A stretch of 64,000 nt of DNA from Gammaproteobacteria bacterium (GCA_024234895.1 JACKNJ010000004.1:6791-70790); one strand, 5' to 3'. Positions 52,088-63,882 are shown, counted from the stretch's first letter. Numbers and translations are program-made. The notes: generated by a model from the sequence alone, not told the origin.

Positions 52088-53494
52088 ATGAAACCGATTC
52101 ATTCCCTCTTCGCGATGCTGGCGCTGATGCTCGCGCCGACGCTCGCCCTGGCCATGGGCGCGGAGCCGCTGGACCTGACCGGTGCCGGCGTCGGCATCTT
52201 CGCGCTGGTCGTCTTCGCCCTCGCCTACCTGCTGGTCATGGCCGAGGAATTCACCCACCTGCGCAAGTCCAAGCCGGTCATCATCGCCGCTGGCCTGATC
52301 TGGGCCGCTATCGCCTGGACCTACCACGCCCAGCCGGACCCGACCCTGCCGGAGCACGCCTTCCGCCATAACCTGCTCGAATACGCCGAGTTGATGCTGT
52401 TCCTGCTGGTGGCGATGACGTACATCAACTCGATGGAAGAGCGTCGCGTGTTCGACGCACTGCGCGCCTGGTTGATCCGCGCCGGCCTGGGCTTCCGCGC
52501 CCTGTTCTGGGTCACCGGCACCCTCGCCTTCTTCATCTCCCCGGTGGCCGACAACCTCACCACCGCGCTGCTGATGTGCGCCGTCGTGCTCGCGGTCGGC
52601 GGCGACAACGCCCGCTTCGTGACCCTGGCCTGCATCAACATCGTGGTCGGCGCCAACGCCGGCGGCGCCTTCAGCCCGTTTGGCGACATCACCACGCTGA
52701 TGGTCTGGCAGAAGGGCATGGTCGAGTTCTGGGGCTTCTTCGCGCTGTTCATCCCGTCGGTCGTGAATTTCGTCGTGCCGGCCCTGCTCATGCACTTCGC
52801 CGTACCCAACGAGCGTCCGACCGCCTCCGGCGAGGCCGTCGCCATCGCGCGCGGCGGTCGCCGCATCATCGCGCTGTTCCTGATCACCATCGCCACTGCG
52901 GTGTCCTTCCACAACTTCCTGCACATGCCGCCGGTGCTCGGCATGCTGACCGGCCTGGGCTATCTGCAACTGTTCGGCTTCTACCTCAAGAAAACCTGCA
53001 AGCGCGCCCATGAAACCGACGCGCAAGGCGAGGAAGAAGATCGCATCGGCGACGTCGCCGCGTTCGACGTGTTCCGCCCGATCGCCCGCGCCGAGTGGGA
53101 TACCCTGCTGTTCTTCTACGGCGTCGTTGCCTGCGTCGGTGGCCTCGGCTTCCTGGGGTACCTGAACCTGGCATCGCAGGTCATGTACACCGAATGGGGC
53201 GCCACCAACGCCAACATCGCGATCGGCCTGCTGTCCGCGATCGTCGACAACATCCCGGTCATGTTCGCGGTGCTGACCATGAACCCGGACATGTCCACCG
53301 GCCAGTGGCTGCTGGTCACGCTGACCGCCGGCGTCGGCGGCTCGCTGCTGTCGATCGGCTCCGCTGCCGGTGTGGCACTGATGGGCCAGGCGCGTGGCAA
53401 GTACACCTTCTTCGGCCACCTGAAATGGACGCCGGCGATCGCCGCCGGCTATGTCGCCAGCATCTACGCGCATATCTGGATCAACGGTCTTTGA
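52088..53494 (+). CDS. nhaD: Na+/H+ antiporter NhaD family
   Basis: 468 aa with a signal peptide and a polytopic body. Whole-length resemblance to NhaD-type antiporters. Confidence 0.7.
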   Translation: MKPIHSLFAMLALMLAPTLALAMGAEPLDLTGAGVGIFALVVFALAYLLVMAEEFTHLRKSKPVIIAAGLIWAAIAWTYHAQPDPTLPEHAFRHNLLEYAELMLFLLVAMTYINSMEERRVFDALRAWLIRAGLGFRALFWVTGTLAFFISPVADNLTTALLMCAVVLAVGGDNARFVTLACINIVVGANAGGAFSPFGDITTLMVWQKGMVEFWGFFALFIPSVVNFVVPALLMHFAVPNERPTASGEAVAIARGGRRIIALFLITIATAVSFHNFLHMPPVLGMLTGLGYLQLFGFYLKKTCKRAHETDAQGEEEDRIGDVAAFDVFRPIARAEWDTLLFFYGVVACVGGLGFLGYLNLASQVMYTEWGATNANIAIGLLSAIVDNIPVMFAVLTMNPDMSTGQWLLVTLTAGVGGSLLSIGSAAGVALMGQARGKYTFFGHLKWTPAIAAGYVASIYAHIWINGL

Positions 53495-53560
53495 GCCCGC
53501 AGAGCTGACACGTTCCATCTGTGGGTCGGCCTTCAGGCCGACAAGCCCGGCAAATGAACA

Positions 53561-53590
53561 GGGGCTCCCAAACGGGAGCCCCTTTTTTTG
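53561..53590 (+). terminator. Rho-independent terminator after the antiporter gene
   Basis: ggggctcccaaacgggagcccctttttttgg. Confidence 0.75.
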
Positions 53591-53725
53591 GTTCTGCGCA
53601 GATGAGCGGGAATGCCTCGACTCGCCGCGTCAGAAACTGCCTCTGACGCAGTGACGCGGGGCGCGCAGAGCACGCAGGGGTTTAGCGGGTAGCACGCACT
53701 CACCGGCGACCGAACCAAGGTCTGA

Positions 53726-53812
53726 TGTAGGAGCGGGCTTGCCCGCGAATGGACGCGCCGCGCCGATCCAACAGGGTTGCCCACATCCGTTCGCGGGCAA
53801 GCCCGCTCCTAC
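53726..53812. repeat. REP variant pair of Pseudomonas type (TGTAGGAGCGGGCTTGCCCGCGAA)
   Basis: tgtaggagcgggcttgcccgcgaatgg … ccgttcgcgggcaagcccgctcctaca. Confidence 0.8.
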
Positions 53813-54042
53813 ACCGGCCCGAGATCGGATCGCGCACATTTCCAAGAATCTCTGCGCTCTCTGCGAACGCCGCGCCTCTGCGTTGAACGCGGTTGACGTT
53901 GGTGCAGCGCCTTCCCGCCAAAGCGCGATGACCCTTTTTTTGGTTCTTCGCTCCCGGGCGGAATGACATTTCAACCGACACCAATAGTGTCGAACCCCGG
54001 GCGCTGCGCACGGGTCCTGCATCAATTCCACCCTGTCCCCCA

Positions 54043-54077
54043 AACAAAACGGGGCCCCGATGGGGCCCCGTTGTGTT
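54043..54077 (-). terminator. Hairpin terminator immediately 3' of tRNA-Ser
   Basis: ccaaacaaaacggggccccgatggggccccgttgtgtttgg, a perfect stem. Confidence 0.6.
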
Positions 54078-54168
54078 TGGCGGAGAGGGAGGGATTCGAA
54101 CCCTCGTTGGGTGATTAACCCAAACACGATTTCGAGTCGTGCGCTTTCAACCGCTCAGCCACCTCTCC
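54078..54168 (-). tRNA. serU: tRNA-Ser(CGA), class II
   Basis: Reverse complement GGAGAGGTGGCTGAGCGGTTGAAAGCGCACGACTCGAAATCGTGTTTGGGTTAATCACCCAACGAGGGTTCGAATCCCTCCCTCTCCGCCA. Anticodon loop CTCGAAA. Confidence 0.88.
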
Positions 54169-54299
54169 AGGGTTGTCGCGAGCGGACAAGGGCGGCGATT
54201 GTACACGCCTGCCGGGACCTGCCCAAGGCTGTTGGCATACGGTTTCCACAGACCTGCGACGGGCGGCGAAAGGCCCCCGACGGTTTAAACTCCGCGCCC

Positions 54300-55739
54300 A
54301 TGATCCGGCGCCCCGGCCACCGTCTGCCTGCCCGTTTGCACCGCGCTGCGCGGTGGTTCCTGCTATTGCTCGGCGCGCTGCTGCTGACTGGCTGCGATGA
54401 CGACTCGACCCTGCTCGAACGCATCCGGGAACGGGGCGAACTGATCGTCGCCACGCGAGTCAGCGAAACCACCTGGTACCCCACCGCGAACGGTCCAACG
54501 GGCATCGAGCACGATCTGGCGCAAGTCTTCGCGGATCGCCTCGGCGTGGAGGTGCGTTTCGTCGTGCCGGACCGTTTCACCGACATCCTCGCGATGGTCC
54601 AGCAGGGCGAGGTCGATATCGCCGCCGCCGGCATCACCGTGACGGAACGTCGCAAGCGGCGGGTCGCTTTCGGGCCTGCCTACCAGGACGTGCGCGCCCA
54701 GGTCGTCTATCGACGCGGGGAAAAGCGCCCGCGCAGTGTCGCCGACCTCGCCGACGGCGACCTGGAGATCGTCGCCGGACGCAGTCACGAAGCGCTGCTC
54801 CATGACCACCGCCGACGTGAATATCCCAAGCTCGAATACGTCGCCAACACCGATGACACGATCGAAACCCTGCTCGAGTGGGTGGCGATCGGCTTCATCG
54901 ACTACACCATCGCCGACTCGGTCCAGCTCGAACTCACCCGCCGCCGCCACCCCGAACTGCAAGCGGCGTTCGATCTGTCCGGCAAGGAACGCCGTGCCTG
55001 GGCCCTGTCGAAGAGCGAGGATGACAGCCTGCGCGACGAGGTCGACGCCTTCTTCGCGGACATCAATCGGGACGGCACCCTGAACTCATTGCTGGACCGC
55101 TACTACGGCCACACCGACAACTTCACCTACGTCGAGATCCGCGACTTCCGCCGCGCGGTGGATGAACGCCTGCCCCGCTACCTCGGCGCCTTCCGATACG
55201 CGGCCGCCGCCACCGGGTTCGACTGGCGCCTGCTGGCCGCGATCGGTTACCAGGAATCGCGCTGGCAGGCCGATGCCGTGTCCCCGACCGGGGTAGCCGG
55301 TCTGATGATGCTGACCCATGCAGCCGCCCGGCAGGTCGACATCGCCAATCGTGACGACCCGTTCGAGAGCATCGCCGGTGGCGCCCGCTACCTGACGCTG
55401 GTGCGCGACAAGATCCCGCAACGCGTTCCCGAACCGGACCGCGTCTGGCTGGCGCTGGCCGGCTACAACGTCGGCTTCGGCCACCTGGAGGATGCCCGCA
55501 TCCTTACCCAGCGCGCCGGCGCCAACCCGGACCGCTGGGCGGACGTGAAACGGCATCTGCCGCTGCTGGCCGAGGAAAAATGGTACGCAAGGACCCGCCA
55601 CGGCAAAGCCCGCGGCGCGGAGCCGGTCCGCTATGTGGAATCGGTGCGGGGCTGGATGGACATGCTGTACGACCAGTTCCCCGACGCCATCGCCCCGGCT
55701 TCCGAAATCCCGGCCATCGCCCTGCCGCCGGCGTTGTGA
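54300..55739 (+). CDS. mltF: Membrane-bound lytic murein transglycosylase F
   Basis: 479 aa from MIRRPGH with a lipobox LLTGC. N-terminal SBP_bac_3-like domain followed by a C-terminal SLT domain (…GYQESRWQADAVSPTGVAGLMMLT…). Confidence 0.85.
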   Translation: MIRRPGHRLPARLHRAARWFLLLLGALLLTGCDDDSTLLERIRERGELIVATRVSETTWYPTANGPTGIEHDLAQVFADRLGVEVRFVVPDRFTDILAMVQQGEVDIAAAGITVTERRKRRVAFGPAYQDVRAQVVYRRGEKRPRSVADLADGDLEIVAGRSHEALLHDHRRREYPKLEYVANTDDTIETLLEWVAIGFIDYTIADSVQLELTRRRHPELQAAFDLSGKERRAWALSKSEDDSLRDEVDAFFADINRDGTLNSLLDRYYGHTDNFTYVEIRDFRRAVDERLPRYLGAFRYAAAATGFDWRLLAAIGYQESRWQADAVSPTGVAGLMMLTHAAARQVDIANRDDPFESIAGGARYLTLVRDKIPQRVPEPDRVWLALAGYNVGFGHLEDARILTQRAGANPDRWADVKRHLPLLAEEKWYARTRHGKARGAEPVRYVESVRGWMDMLYDQFPDAIAPASEIPAIALPPAL

Positions 55740-55746
55740 GGTCGGT

Positions 55747-56073
55747 TCAGGCGGCCTGGACGACCGCGTCCGCAGCCTCCTGCCGGGTGTAGAAGCGCTC
55801 GCCGCGCACGAAACCGGCAACCACGGATTCGACCATCCGCAGCGCCCGCCCGCAGCGATCGCGCTGCATGACGAGATGTTCCGGCAGGCCATCGAGCATG
55901 TGGATCGGCGCGACCTTGCCGTCGCGGGTGCGCGACAGGAACACCTCGCCACTGTCCTCGTCGCGGAACGCGGGCAGGAAACCCAGGCCCCGGTTCCTCT
56001 GACTGACGCCGCCCGTGCCACGGAAGCGGCGGTTCTGTTCCTGCAGGCTGTCGGTGCGGGTCACGGTGTCCAT
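55747..56073 (-). CDS. Hypothetical protein
   Basis: 108 aa with a strong GAGGAGG ribosome-binding site 7 nt upstream. GC3-rich codons support coding. No family is recognised. Confidence 0.55.
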   Translation of the reverse strand: MDTVTRTDSLQEQNRRFRGTGGVSQRNRGLGFLPAFRDEDSGEVFLSRTRDGKVAPIHMLDGLPEHLVMQRDRCGRALRMVESVVAGFVRGERFYTRQEAADAVVQAA

Positions 56074-56247
56074 GGCTGCCTCCTCGATGGTGTCAGGCTC
56101 AGGACGGTCGTTCGGTCTTTGCCATGCTTTTGAGCATCAGCTGTGCCACGGATGCAGGAATCACCATTCCCTGCGCGCGATTGCCGCGTTTCCGGCGCTT
56201 ACCTAAGCTCAGGGCACCCCCTCACTGTCCCTTTCAGGTAACGAAAC

Positions 56248-56727
56248 GTGGTCGCCATGTCCGAAATGCGTCAATTCACGCTGCACCTCGAACAGATCGA
56301 GGACTTCGAATTCAAGGTCCGTTTCGACTGGCCCGAGGTCGACGATCTGCTGCTCGATGAACCCGCCCCGCTCGGCAACCAGGCCGGGCCCAACGCCGCG
56401 CGCCTGATCGCCGCCGGTGTCGCCAACTGCCTCAGCGCCAGCCTGCTCTATTGCCTGCAGAAGAGCCGCAACGCGCCCGGCGGGGTCAGCGCGGCGGTGA
56501 CCGGCAGCATCGGGCGCAACGAAAAGGGCCGCCTGCGTCTGGTCGGCATCGACGTCGATCTGACCTTGAGCGGGATTCCCGAAGACCGCTCGCGGCTGGA
56601 ACGCTGCTTCACGCTGTTCGAGGATTTCTGCGTGGTCACGCAGGCGGTGCGCGACGGCGTGCCGATCGGCGTGCGCGTGCTGGATGAGGACGGTACCGTC
56701 CTGCACACCGAGACCGGCGAGGCCTGA
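56248..56727 (+). CDS. OsmC/Ohr-family peroxiredoxin-like protein
   Basis: 159 aa with two conserved Cys (…GVANCLSASLLYCL… and …LERCFTLFEDFCVVTQAV…). Confidence 0.75.
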   Translation: MVAMSEMRQFTLHLEQIEDFEFKVRFDWPEVDDLLLDEPAPLGNQAGPNAARLIAAGVANCLSASLLYCLQKSRNAPGGVSAAVTGSIGRNEKGRLRLVGIDVDLTLSGIPEDRSRLERCFTLFEDFCVVTQAVRDGVPIGVRVLDEDGTVLHTETGEA

Positions 56728-56734
56728 GTTTCAC

Positions 56735-56825
56735 CGCAGGAGCGGCTTCAGCCGCGATCCACGTCCCCGCTGACTGAGCGGAGTCGAAGCCAGCCAAGCC
56801 AATCGCGGCTGAAGCCGCTCCTACA
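56735..56825. repeat. REP-type palindromic pair with an embedded variant motif GAGCGGAGTCGAAGCC
   Basis: gcaggagcggcttcagccgcgatcc … aatcgcggctgaagccgctcctaca. The terminal ctaca supplies the ppsR TAG stop. Confidence 0.8.
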
Positions 56826-57633
56826 TTTGCGGTTTACGCAGCCGCTGCACCAGGCGCGCCGCGATCTCCTCGATCGACATCGCGGTCACATCCAGCACCG
56901 GCACCGCAAAACGGCGGAACAGGGCATCGCTGAACGCGATCTCCCGCTGGCATTGCTCCAGCGACGCATAGCGGCTGTCCGGTCGCCGCTCCGAGCGGAT
57001 GCGCTGCAACTGCGCGGGTTCGATACGTAAACCGAACAGCTTGTCGCGATATGGCCGCAACGCCTGCGGCAGTTCCTCACCCGCGTTGTCACGTTCGAAA
57101 TCGTCGTCGGTCAGCGGATAGTTGGCCGCGCGCACGCCGTATTGCAGGCCGAGGTACAGGCAGGTCGGCGTCTTGCCGCTGCGCGACACGCCGACCAGGA
57201 TCAGGTCCGACTCGCCGTAATGTCTGGTGACCGCGCCGTCGTCGTTATCGACCGCGAAATGCACCGCGTGCATGCGGTTCTGATAGCTGCCCGGGTCGCC
57301 GATGCCGTGATGCTTGCCGAGGCGCGGCGCGGAATGGATGCCCAAGGCCTGCTCCAGCGGTGTCGTGTAGGTCTCGAAGAAATCGAAGCTCGGCACCCCC
57401 GATCCGCTCAGCACCGCGCGCAGCTCGCCATCGACGAGACTGCTGAACACCAGCGGCGGCGGTTCCTCGGTGGCGATCCGCCCGACCAGCTCCCGGACCT
57501 TTGCGATGTCGTCGACGAACGGCACCAGATGGGTCTGGAACTCGAAGTCCGGGAACTGGCTCAACAGCGCCCGCCCGATCGCCTCGACGGTCAGGCCGGT
57601 GTGGTCGGAAACGAAATAGACCTTGCGTTTCAC
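56821..57633 (-). CDS. ppsR: Phosphoenolpyruvate synthase regulatory protein (PSRP, DUF299)
   Basis: 270 aa with …YFVSDHTGLTVE… and …LVGVSRSGKTPTCLYLGLQYGVRAANYPL… motifs. Confidence 0.88.
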   Translation of the reverse strand: MKRKVYFVSDHTGLTVEAIGRALLSQFPDFEFQTHLVPFVDDIAKVRELVGRIATEEPPPLVFSSLVDGELRAVLSGSGVPSFDFFETYTTPLEQALGIHSAPRLGKHHGIGDPGSYQNRMHAVHFAVDNDDGAVTRHYGESDLILVGVSRSGKTPTCLYLGLQYGVRAANYPLTDDDFERDNAGEELPQALRPYRDKLFGLRIEPAQLQRIRSERRPDSRYASLEQCQREIAFSDALFRRFAVPVLDVTAMSIEEIAARLVQRLRKPQM

Positions 57634-57640
57634 GGCCTCA

Positions 57641-57738
57641 CCTGTAGGCCGGCATAAGCGAAGCGTTGCCGGCTTGATGCTTCCGATCGAAGCCTCAAGC
57701 CGGCTACGTCGCTCTGCTCCTTAAACCGGCCTGCATCC

Positions 57739-57740
<2 letters not shown>
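57641..57740. repeat. Palindromic repeat of about 100 bp, a second family (copy 1)
   Basis: cctgtaggccggcataagcgaagcgttgccggcttga…tcaagccggctacgtcgctctgctccttaaaccggcctgcatcc. About 85% identical to 63768-63866. Confidence 0.8.
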
Positions 57741-60090
<2,350 letters not shown>

Positions 60091-60108
60091 CGCGCGGCGC
60101 CTCCCGGC

Positions 60109-60435
60109 CTATTGCGTGTTGAGGAAGCTGATGACAGCCGCCATCGCGCCCGCCGCGAACACCTCCAGGCGCACACCGACCCGCTCCGGCGAGGAATACG
60201 CGACGATGCCGTGAATCTCGTGCATCAGGTCATCATCCGCCGGGTCCGGCAGCAACAGGATGAGATGGTCGCCCAACGGTGGCTGCTCGCCATCCAGATC
60301 GACGGCCATGCCGTTGCTGCTGAGGTCGATCACCCGCACCCGCCGGAACGAATCGGAATCGCTCCCGACCGATATCCAGACCGTCAGATCGACCTTGCGC
60401 CGTTCCTGCCGGCGCCGCTCGCCATCGTTGCTCAT
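60109..60435 (-). CDS. PilZ-domain (c-di-GMP-binding) protein
   Basis: 108 aa with RRQERR (RxxxR) and DLSSNG (DxSxxG) motifs. Its stop lies 18 nt before the ppsA start. Confidence 0.7.
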   Translation of the reverse strand: MSNDGERRRQERRKVDLTVWISVGSDSDSFRRVRVIDLSSNGMAVDLDGEQPPLGDHLILLLPDPADDDLMHEIHGIVAYSSPERVGVRLEVFAAGAMAAVISFLNTQ

Positions 60436-60506
60436 CGCACGCCCCCAAACCCCTCGATCGATTCGTTCGAGCCAGTGTAGTCAGCGATACGGGGGAACGG
60501 CCCGGA

Positions 60507-61094
60507 TCAAGGCTTGCGGGCGATGAACTGCACCACCGCGCCGCGCCCCCAATGCCCCGCCCCCTCGATCACGTCCCGCTCGGTCTCGACCGCATGCAGC
60601 ACCTCAAGACCGGGCAACTCGGCCCGGAGATCCGCCAAACGCATCATCAGATCGGCCACCGGCGGCCCACCGGTAGCGAAATTCAGTTGCTCGGGGTGAT
60701 AGGCCTCCAGCAGCAGCACCCCGCCCGGCTTCAAGGCCGCGACCACCCGGGCATGCACATCGCGCCGCAACGGCGGCGGCAGATGGCAGAAGATCGACAC
60801 CACCGCGTCCCAGCGCCCCGCGCCGAGATCGAATTCCGCGAGATCGGCATGCACCGTGGTCAACGACACGCCGCGCGATTCCGCCAACGCCCGCGTCTTG
60901 CCCAACCCCACCATCGACGCATCCACCGACGTTACCCGGAACCCCTGCCCCGCCAGCCAGACCCCGTTGCGACCCTCGCCATCGGCCAGACACAGCACGT
61001 CGCCGACGGGAAGCTGCCCGACCGCCTCGCGCAGGAAATCGTTCGGCTCGGTGCCGTAGACATACTCCGCCGATGCATAACGTTCATCCCACAT
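60507..61094 (-). CDS. Class I SAM-dependent methyltransferase
   Basis: 195 aa from MWDERY with an AGGTGG ribosome-binding site. Motif I VLCLADGEGRNGVWLAGQG. Resembles the TehB/TPMT-like fold. Confidence 0.75.
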   Translation of the reverse strand: MWDERYASAEYVYGTEPNDFLREAVGQLPVGDVLCLADGEGRNGVWLAGQGFRVTSVDASMVGLGKTRALAESRGVSLTTVHADLAEFDLGAGRWDAVVSIFCHLPPPLRRDVHARVVAALKPGGVLLLEAYHPEQLNFATGGPPVADLMMRLADLRAELPGLEVLHAVETERDVIEGAGHWGRGAVVQFIARKP

Positions 61095-61130
61095 ATTCCA
61101 CCTCGTTTCCGACCGGGCCCACATTCTATG

Positions 61131-61200
61131 GCTGGCTTCGGCTCCGCTCAGCCAGCGGCCCTCACGTTGGCTGAGCGGAGTCGAAGCCAATCGCCCAACG
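61131..61200. repeat. REP-like palindromic pair, a third variant (GGCTGAGCGGAGTCGAAGCC)
   Basis: ggcttcggctccgctcagcc … ggctgagcggagtcgaagcc. Confidence 0.75.
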
Positions 61201-61256
61201 TACCGAAATCAACCCTGCGTTGAACCTCGACAACGATTAGACTGTCCAACCACCAC

Positions 61257-61631
61257 TTGGGGGCGACATGGCTTCGACGTGGGTCGCGAAACCTGAGGTG
61301 CATGCCGAGGCGCAGAGGACCTCGTAAATCCAGCTGCAAACAACATAGTTGCCAACGACGACAACTACGCCCTGGCCGCTTAAGGCAGCCAGCCTCTGAC
61401 CGGAGCCGCGCTCACGCGTCCGGAGTCCCGCAAGGGACACTCAGGGGTCACCTCTCGTGAGATCGTGGGGACGTTCGCCTGGGGCGAAACCACTAAATCC
61501 TTACCGGGATCGCCCGTCACACGCCCTGCCCATCGGGTGGTGCCGGGTTAAAGACAATAGATCGGGATAAGCATGTAGAACCAACGGCAGAGGGCTTGCG
61601 GACGGGGGTTCAATTCCCCCCGCCTCCACCA
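61257..61631 (+). ncRNA. ssrA: tmRNA (SsrA) encoding the tag ANDDNYALAA
   Basis: Begins GGGGGCGACATGGCTTCGACGTGGGTCGCGAAACC…GCAAACAACATAGTTGCCAACGACGACAACTACGCCCTGGCCGCTTAA and ends …GGACGGGGGTTCAATTCCCCCGCCTCCACCA. The two ends pair as a tRNA-Ala-like acceptor stem. Confidence 0.93.
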
Positions 61632-61635
61632 AAAC

Positions 61636-61666
61636 CGACCCCGGTTTCATACCGGGGTTTTTTTTT
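61636..61666 (+). terminator. Rho-independent terminator after tmRNA
   Basis: ccgaccccggtttcataccggggttttttttt. Confidence 0.8.
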
Positions 61667-62221
61667 GGCATTTCGCCGACGAATCCGGCTGAAGCGCCGG
61701 GTCACCGACGGGCATCGCGCAATCGGTCCGGTGCCGACGATGAGGCATCGGCGCACGATCTCACCCATTGTTTTTCACCCGTGGCCAGCGGCCTTTGTCG
61801 GGTCGTGCCATCGACAATCTCCGCCTTATCGGGAACTGGCACCGCGCCAGTGGCGGGGTCCACGGGACACCACCTGTATTCCAGGATCTGAAGGAGCGTG
61901 GCGCGCCGTGGGCGGGCACCGCCAGATCCGACTTGCATGAAATTTGGCGGATACGAACGTTTTCCCCAACAGTTTGACCACCATCTGACACAACACTTCA
62001 CGCATCCAGCAGCATTTTGTTGTTGTTCAATTACTTGTATCAGACTCCACCGCTCAACAATCAAAACAAAACACACTACAACAGCCGTGTTAAGGCCTTT
62101 ATTTTTTGTCGATATGACGTTTAATGATGCCGCCAGCCCACACGGGTGAACGGTCATCTACGCGCAATCCGCGCCCGACCCCATCCCATCCAGACCAAGC
62201 CAACAGCAGAGACCCGATTCC

Positions 62222-63718
62222 ATGGAATATGCAGTCAAGAGCGGCAGCCCCGAGAAACAGCGCACCCCCTGCGTGGTGGTTGCCGTATTCGATTCCCGGC
62301 GCATGTCGGATGCCGCCAAGGCCATGGACGACGCGAGCGAGGGTGCGATCTCGGCGGTGCTGCGCCGTGGTGACATGGATGGACGCAGCGGTCAGACGTT
62401 ACTGCTCGGCCAGTTGGCGAACACCTTCGCGGACCGCGTGCTGCTGGTCGGCTGCGGCAAGGAGCGCGACTTCAACGAGGCCACCTACGCCAGCGCCATC
62501 GCCACCGCGACCCAGCAGTTGAACAACACCGGCGCGATCGAGGCCGTGCTGTATTTCCCCGAACTGAACGTCAAGGGCCGCGACACCGCCTGGAAGGTGC
62601 GCGCCGCCGTCGAGGCGGTCGAGGACACGCTCTACCGCTTCGAGGCGACCAAGAGCAGCGAGGAGGAAAGCCCGCGGCGTCCGCTCAAGCGCATGGTGAT
62701 CGCGGTCACCCGCCGCAAGGAGCTGACCGAATCCGAACTGGCGATGGAGGAAGGCATCGCGATCTCCGCCGGCAAGACCCTGACCCGCAACCTCGGCAAC
62801 CTGCCGGGCAACATCTGCACGCCGAGCTACCTCGCCGATCAGGCCATCAAGATGGCCACGGGCAGTGACCTGCTGTCCTGCGAGGTGCTCGAAGAAGCCG
62901 ACATGGAGAAGCTCGGCATGGGCTCGCTGCTATCGGTCGCCAAGGGCAGCCGCCAGCCGGCCAAGCTGATCGTCATGGAATACCGGGGCGGCGCGCAGGA
63001 CGAAAAGCCCATCGTGCTGGTCGGCAAGGGCGTCACCTTCGACTCCGGCGGCATCTCCATCAAGCCCGGCGCGGCCATGGACGAGATGAAGTTCGACATG
63101 TGCGGCGCGGCCAGCGTGTTCGGCGTGATGCAGGCGCTGCTGCAACTGCGGCTGGCGATCAACCTGGTCGGCATCATCCCGACCACCGAGAACCTGCCGG
63201 ACGGAGCGGCCAGCAAGCCCGGCGACGTGGTCACCGCAATGAACGGCACCACCATCGAGATCCTCAACACCGACGCCGAAGGCCGCCTGATCCTGTGCGA
63301 CGCGCTGACCTACGCGGAACGCTTCGAGCCGGACTGCATCATCGACATCGCGACCCTCACCGGCGCCTGCGTGATCGCGCTCGGCAAGCAGGCGCATGGC
63401 CTGTTCAGCAACACCTCCGCGCTCGCCAACGAACTCCTCGCCGCCGGTCGCTACACCATGGACCGTGCCTGGGAGATGCCGCTGTGGCCGGAATACGAGG
63501 AGCAGTTGAAGAGCAACTTCGCGGACGTCGCCAACATCGGCGGCCGCGAGGCCGGCGCGGTCACCGCCGCCTGCTTCCTGTCGAAGTTCACCCGCAAGCA
63601 GCGCTGGGCGCACCTGGACATCGCCGGCACGGCCTGGAACAGCGGCGCCAACAAGGGCGCGACCGGGCGCCCGGTCTCGCTGCTGACCCAGTTCGTGCTG
63701 GATCGTTGCGTGGAGTAA
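62222..63718 (+). CDS. pepA: Leucyl aminopeptidase (M17)
   Basis: 498 aa with the NTDAEGRL motif and …VGKGVTFDSGGISIKPG…. Confidence 0.93.
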   Translation: MEYAVKSGSPEKQRTPCVVVAVFDSRRMSDAAKAMDDASEGAISAVLRRGDMDGRSGQTLLLGQLANTFADRVLLVGCGKERDFNEATYASAIATATQQLNNTGAIEAVLYFPELNVKGRDTAWKVRAAVEAVEDTLYRFEATKSSEEESPRRPLKRMVIAVTRRKELTESELAMEEGIAISAGKTLTRNLGNLPGNICTPSYLADQAIKMATGSDLLSCEVLEEADMEKLGMGSLLSVAKGSRQPAKLIVMEYRGGAQDEKPIVLVGKGVTFDSGGISIKPGAAMDEMKFDMCGAASVFGVMQALLQLRLAINLVGIIPTTENLPDGAASKPGDVVTAMNGTTIEILNTDAEGRLILCDALTYAERFEPDCIIDIATLTGACVIALGKQAHGLFSNTSALANELLAAGRYTMDRAWEMPLWPEYEEQLKSNFADVANIGGREAGAVTAACFLSKFTRKQRWAHLDIAGTAWNSGANKGATGRPVSLLTQFVLDRCVE

Positions 63719-63767
63719 CGCCAAGCCCAGTGCGGCGGAACGCCTTCGGCTTCCGCCCTACCAGGCC

Positions 63768-63866
63768 CGGATGCAGGCCGGCATAAGCGTAGCGTTGCCG
63801 GCTTGGGACCACTCATCGAAGCCTCAAGCCGGCTACGTCGCTACGCTCCTTGAACCGGCCTACATC
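63768..63866. repeat. Palindromic repeat of about 100 bp, second family (copy 2)
   Basis: ggatgcaggccggcataagcgtagcgttgccggcttgg…tcaagccggctacgtcgctacgctccttgaaccggcctacatcc. Confidence 0.8.
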
Positions 63867-63882
63867 CGACGCCGCCACCAAC

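Noticed and set aside
61702-62157. A 151-aa minus-strand ORF in the ssrA-pepA spacer
   Set aside because: Cys/Trp-rich with odd composition, spanning a low-GC stretch, with no ribosome-binding site. It is more likely non-coding and is treated as such in the tmRNA-flank finding.
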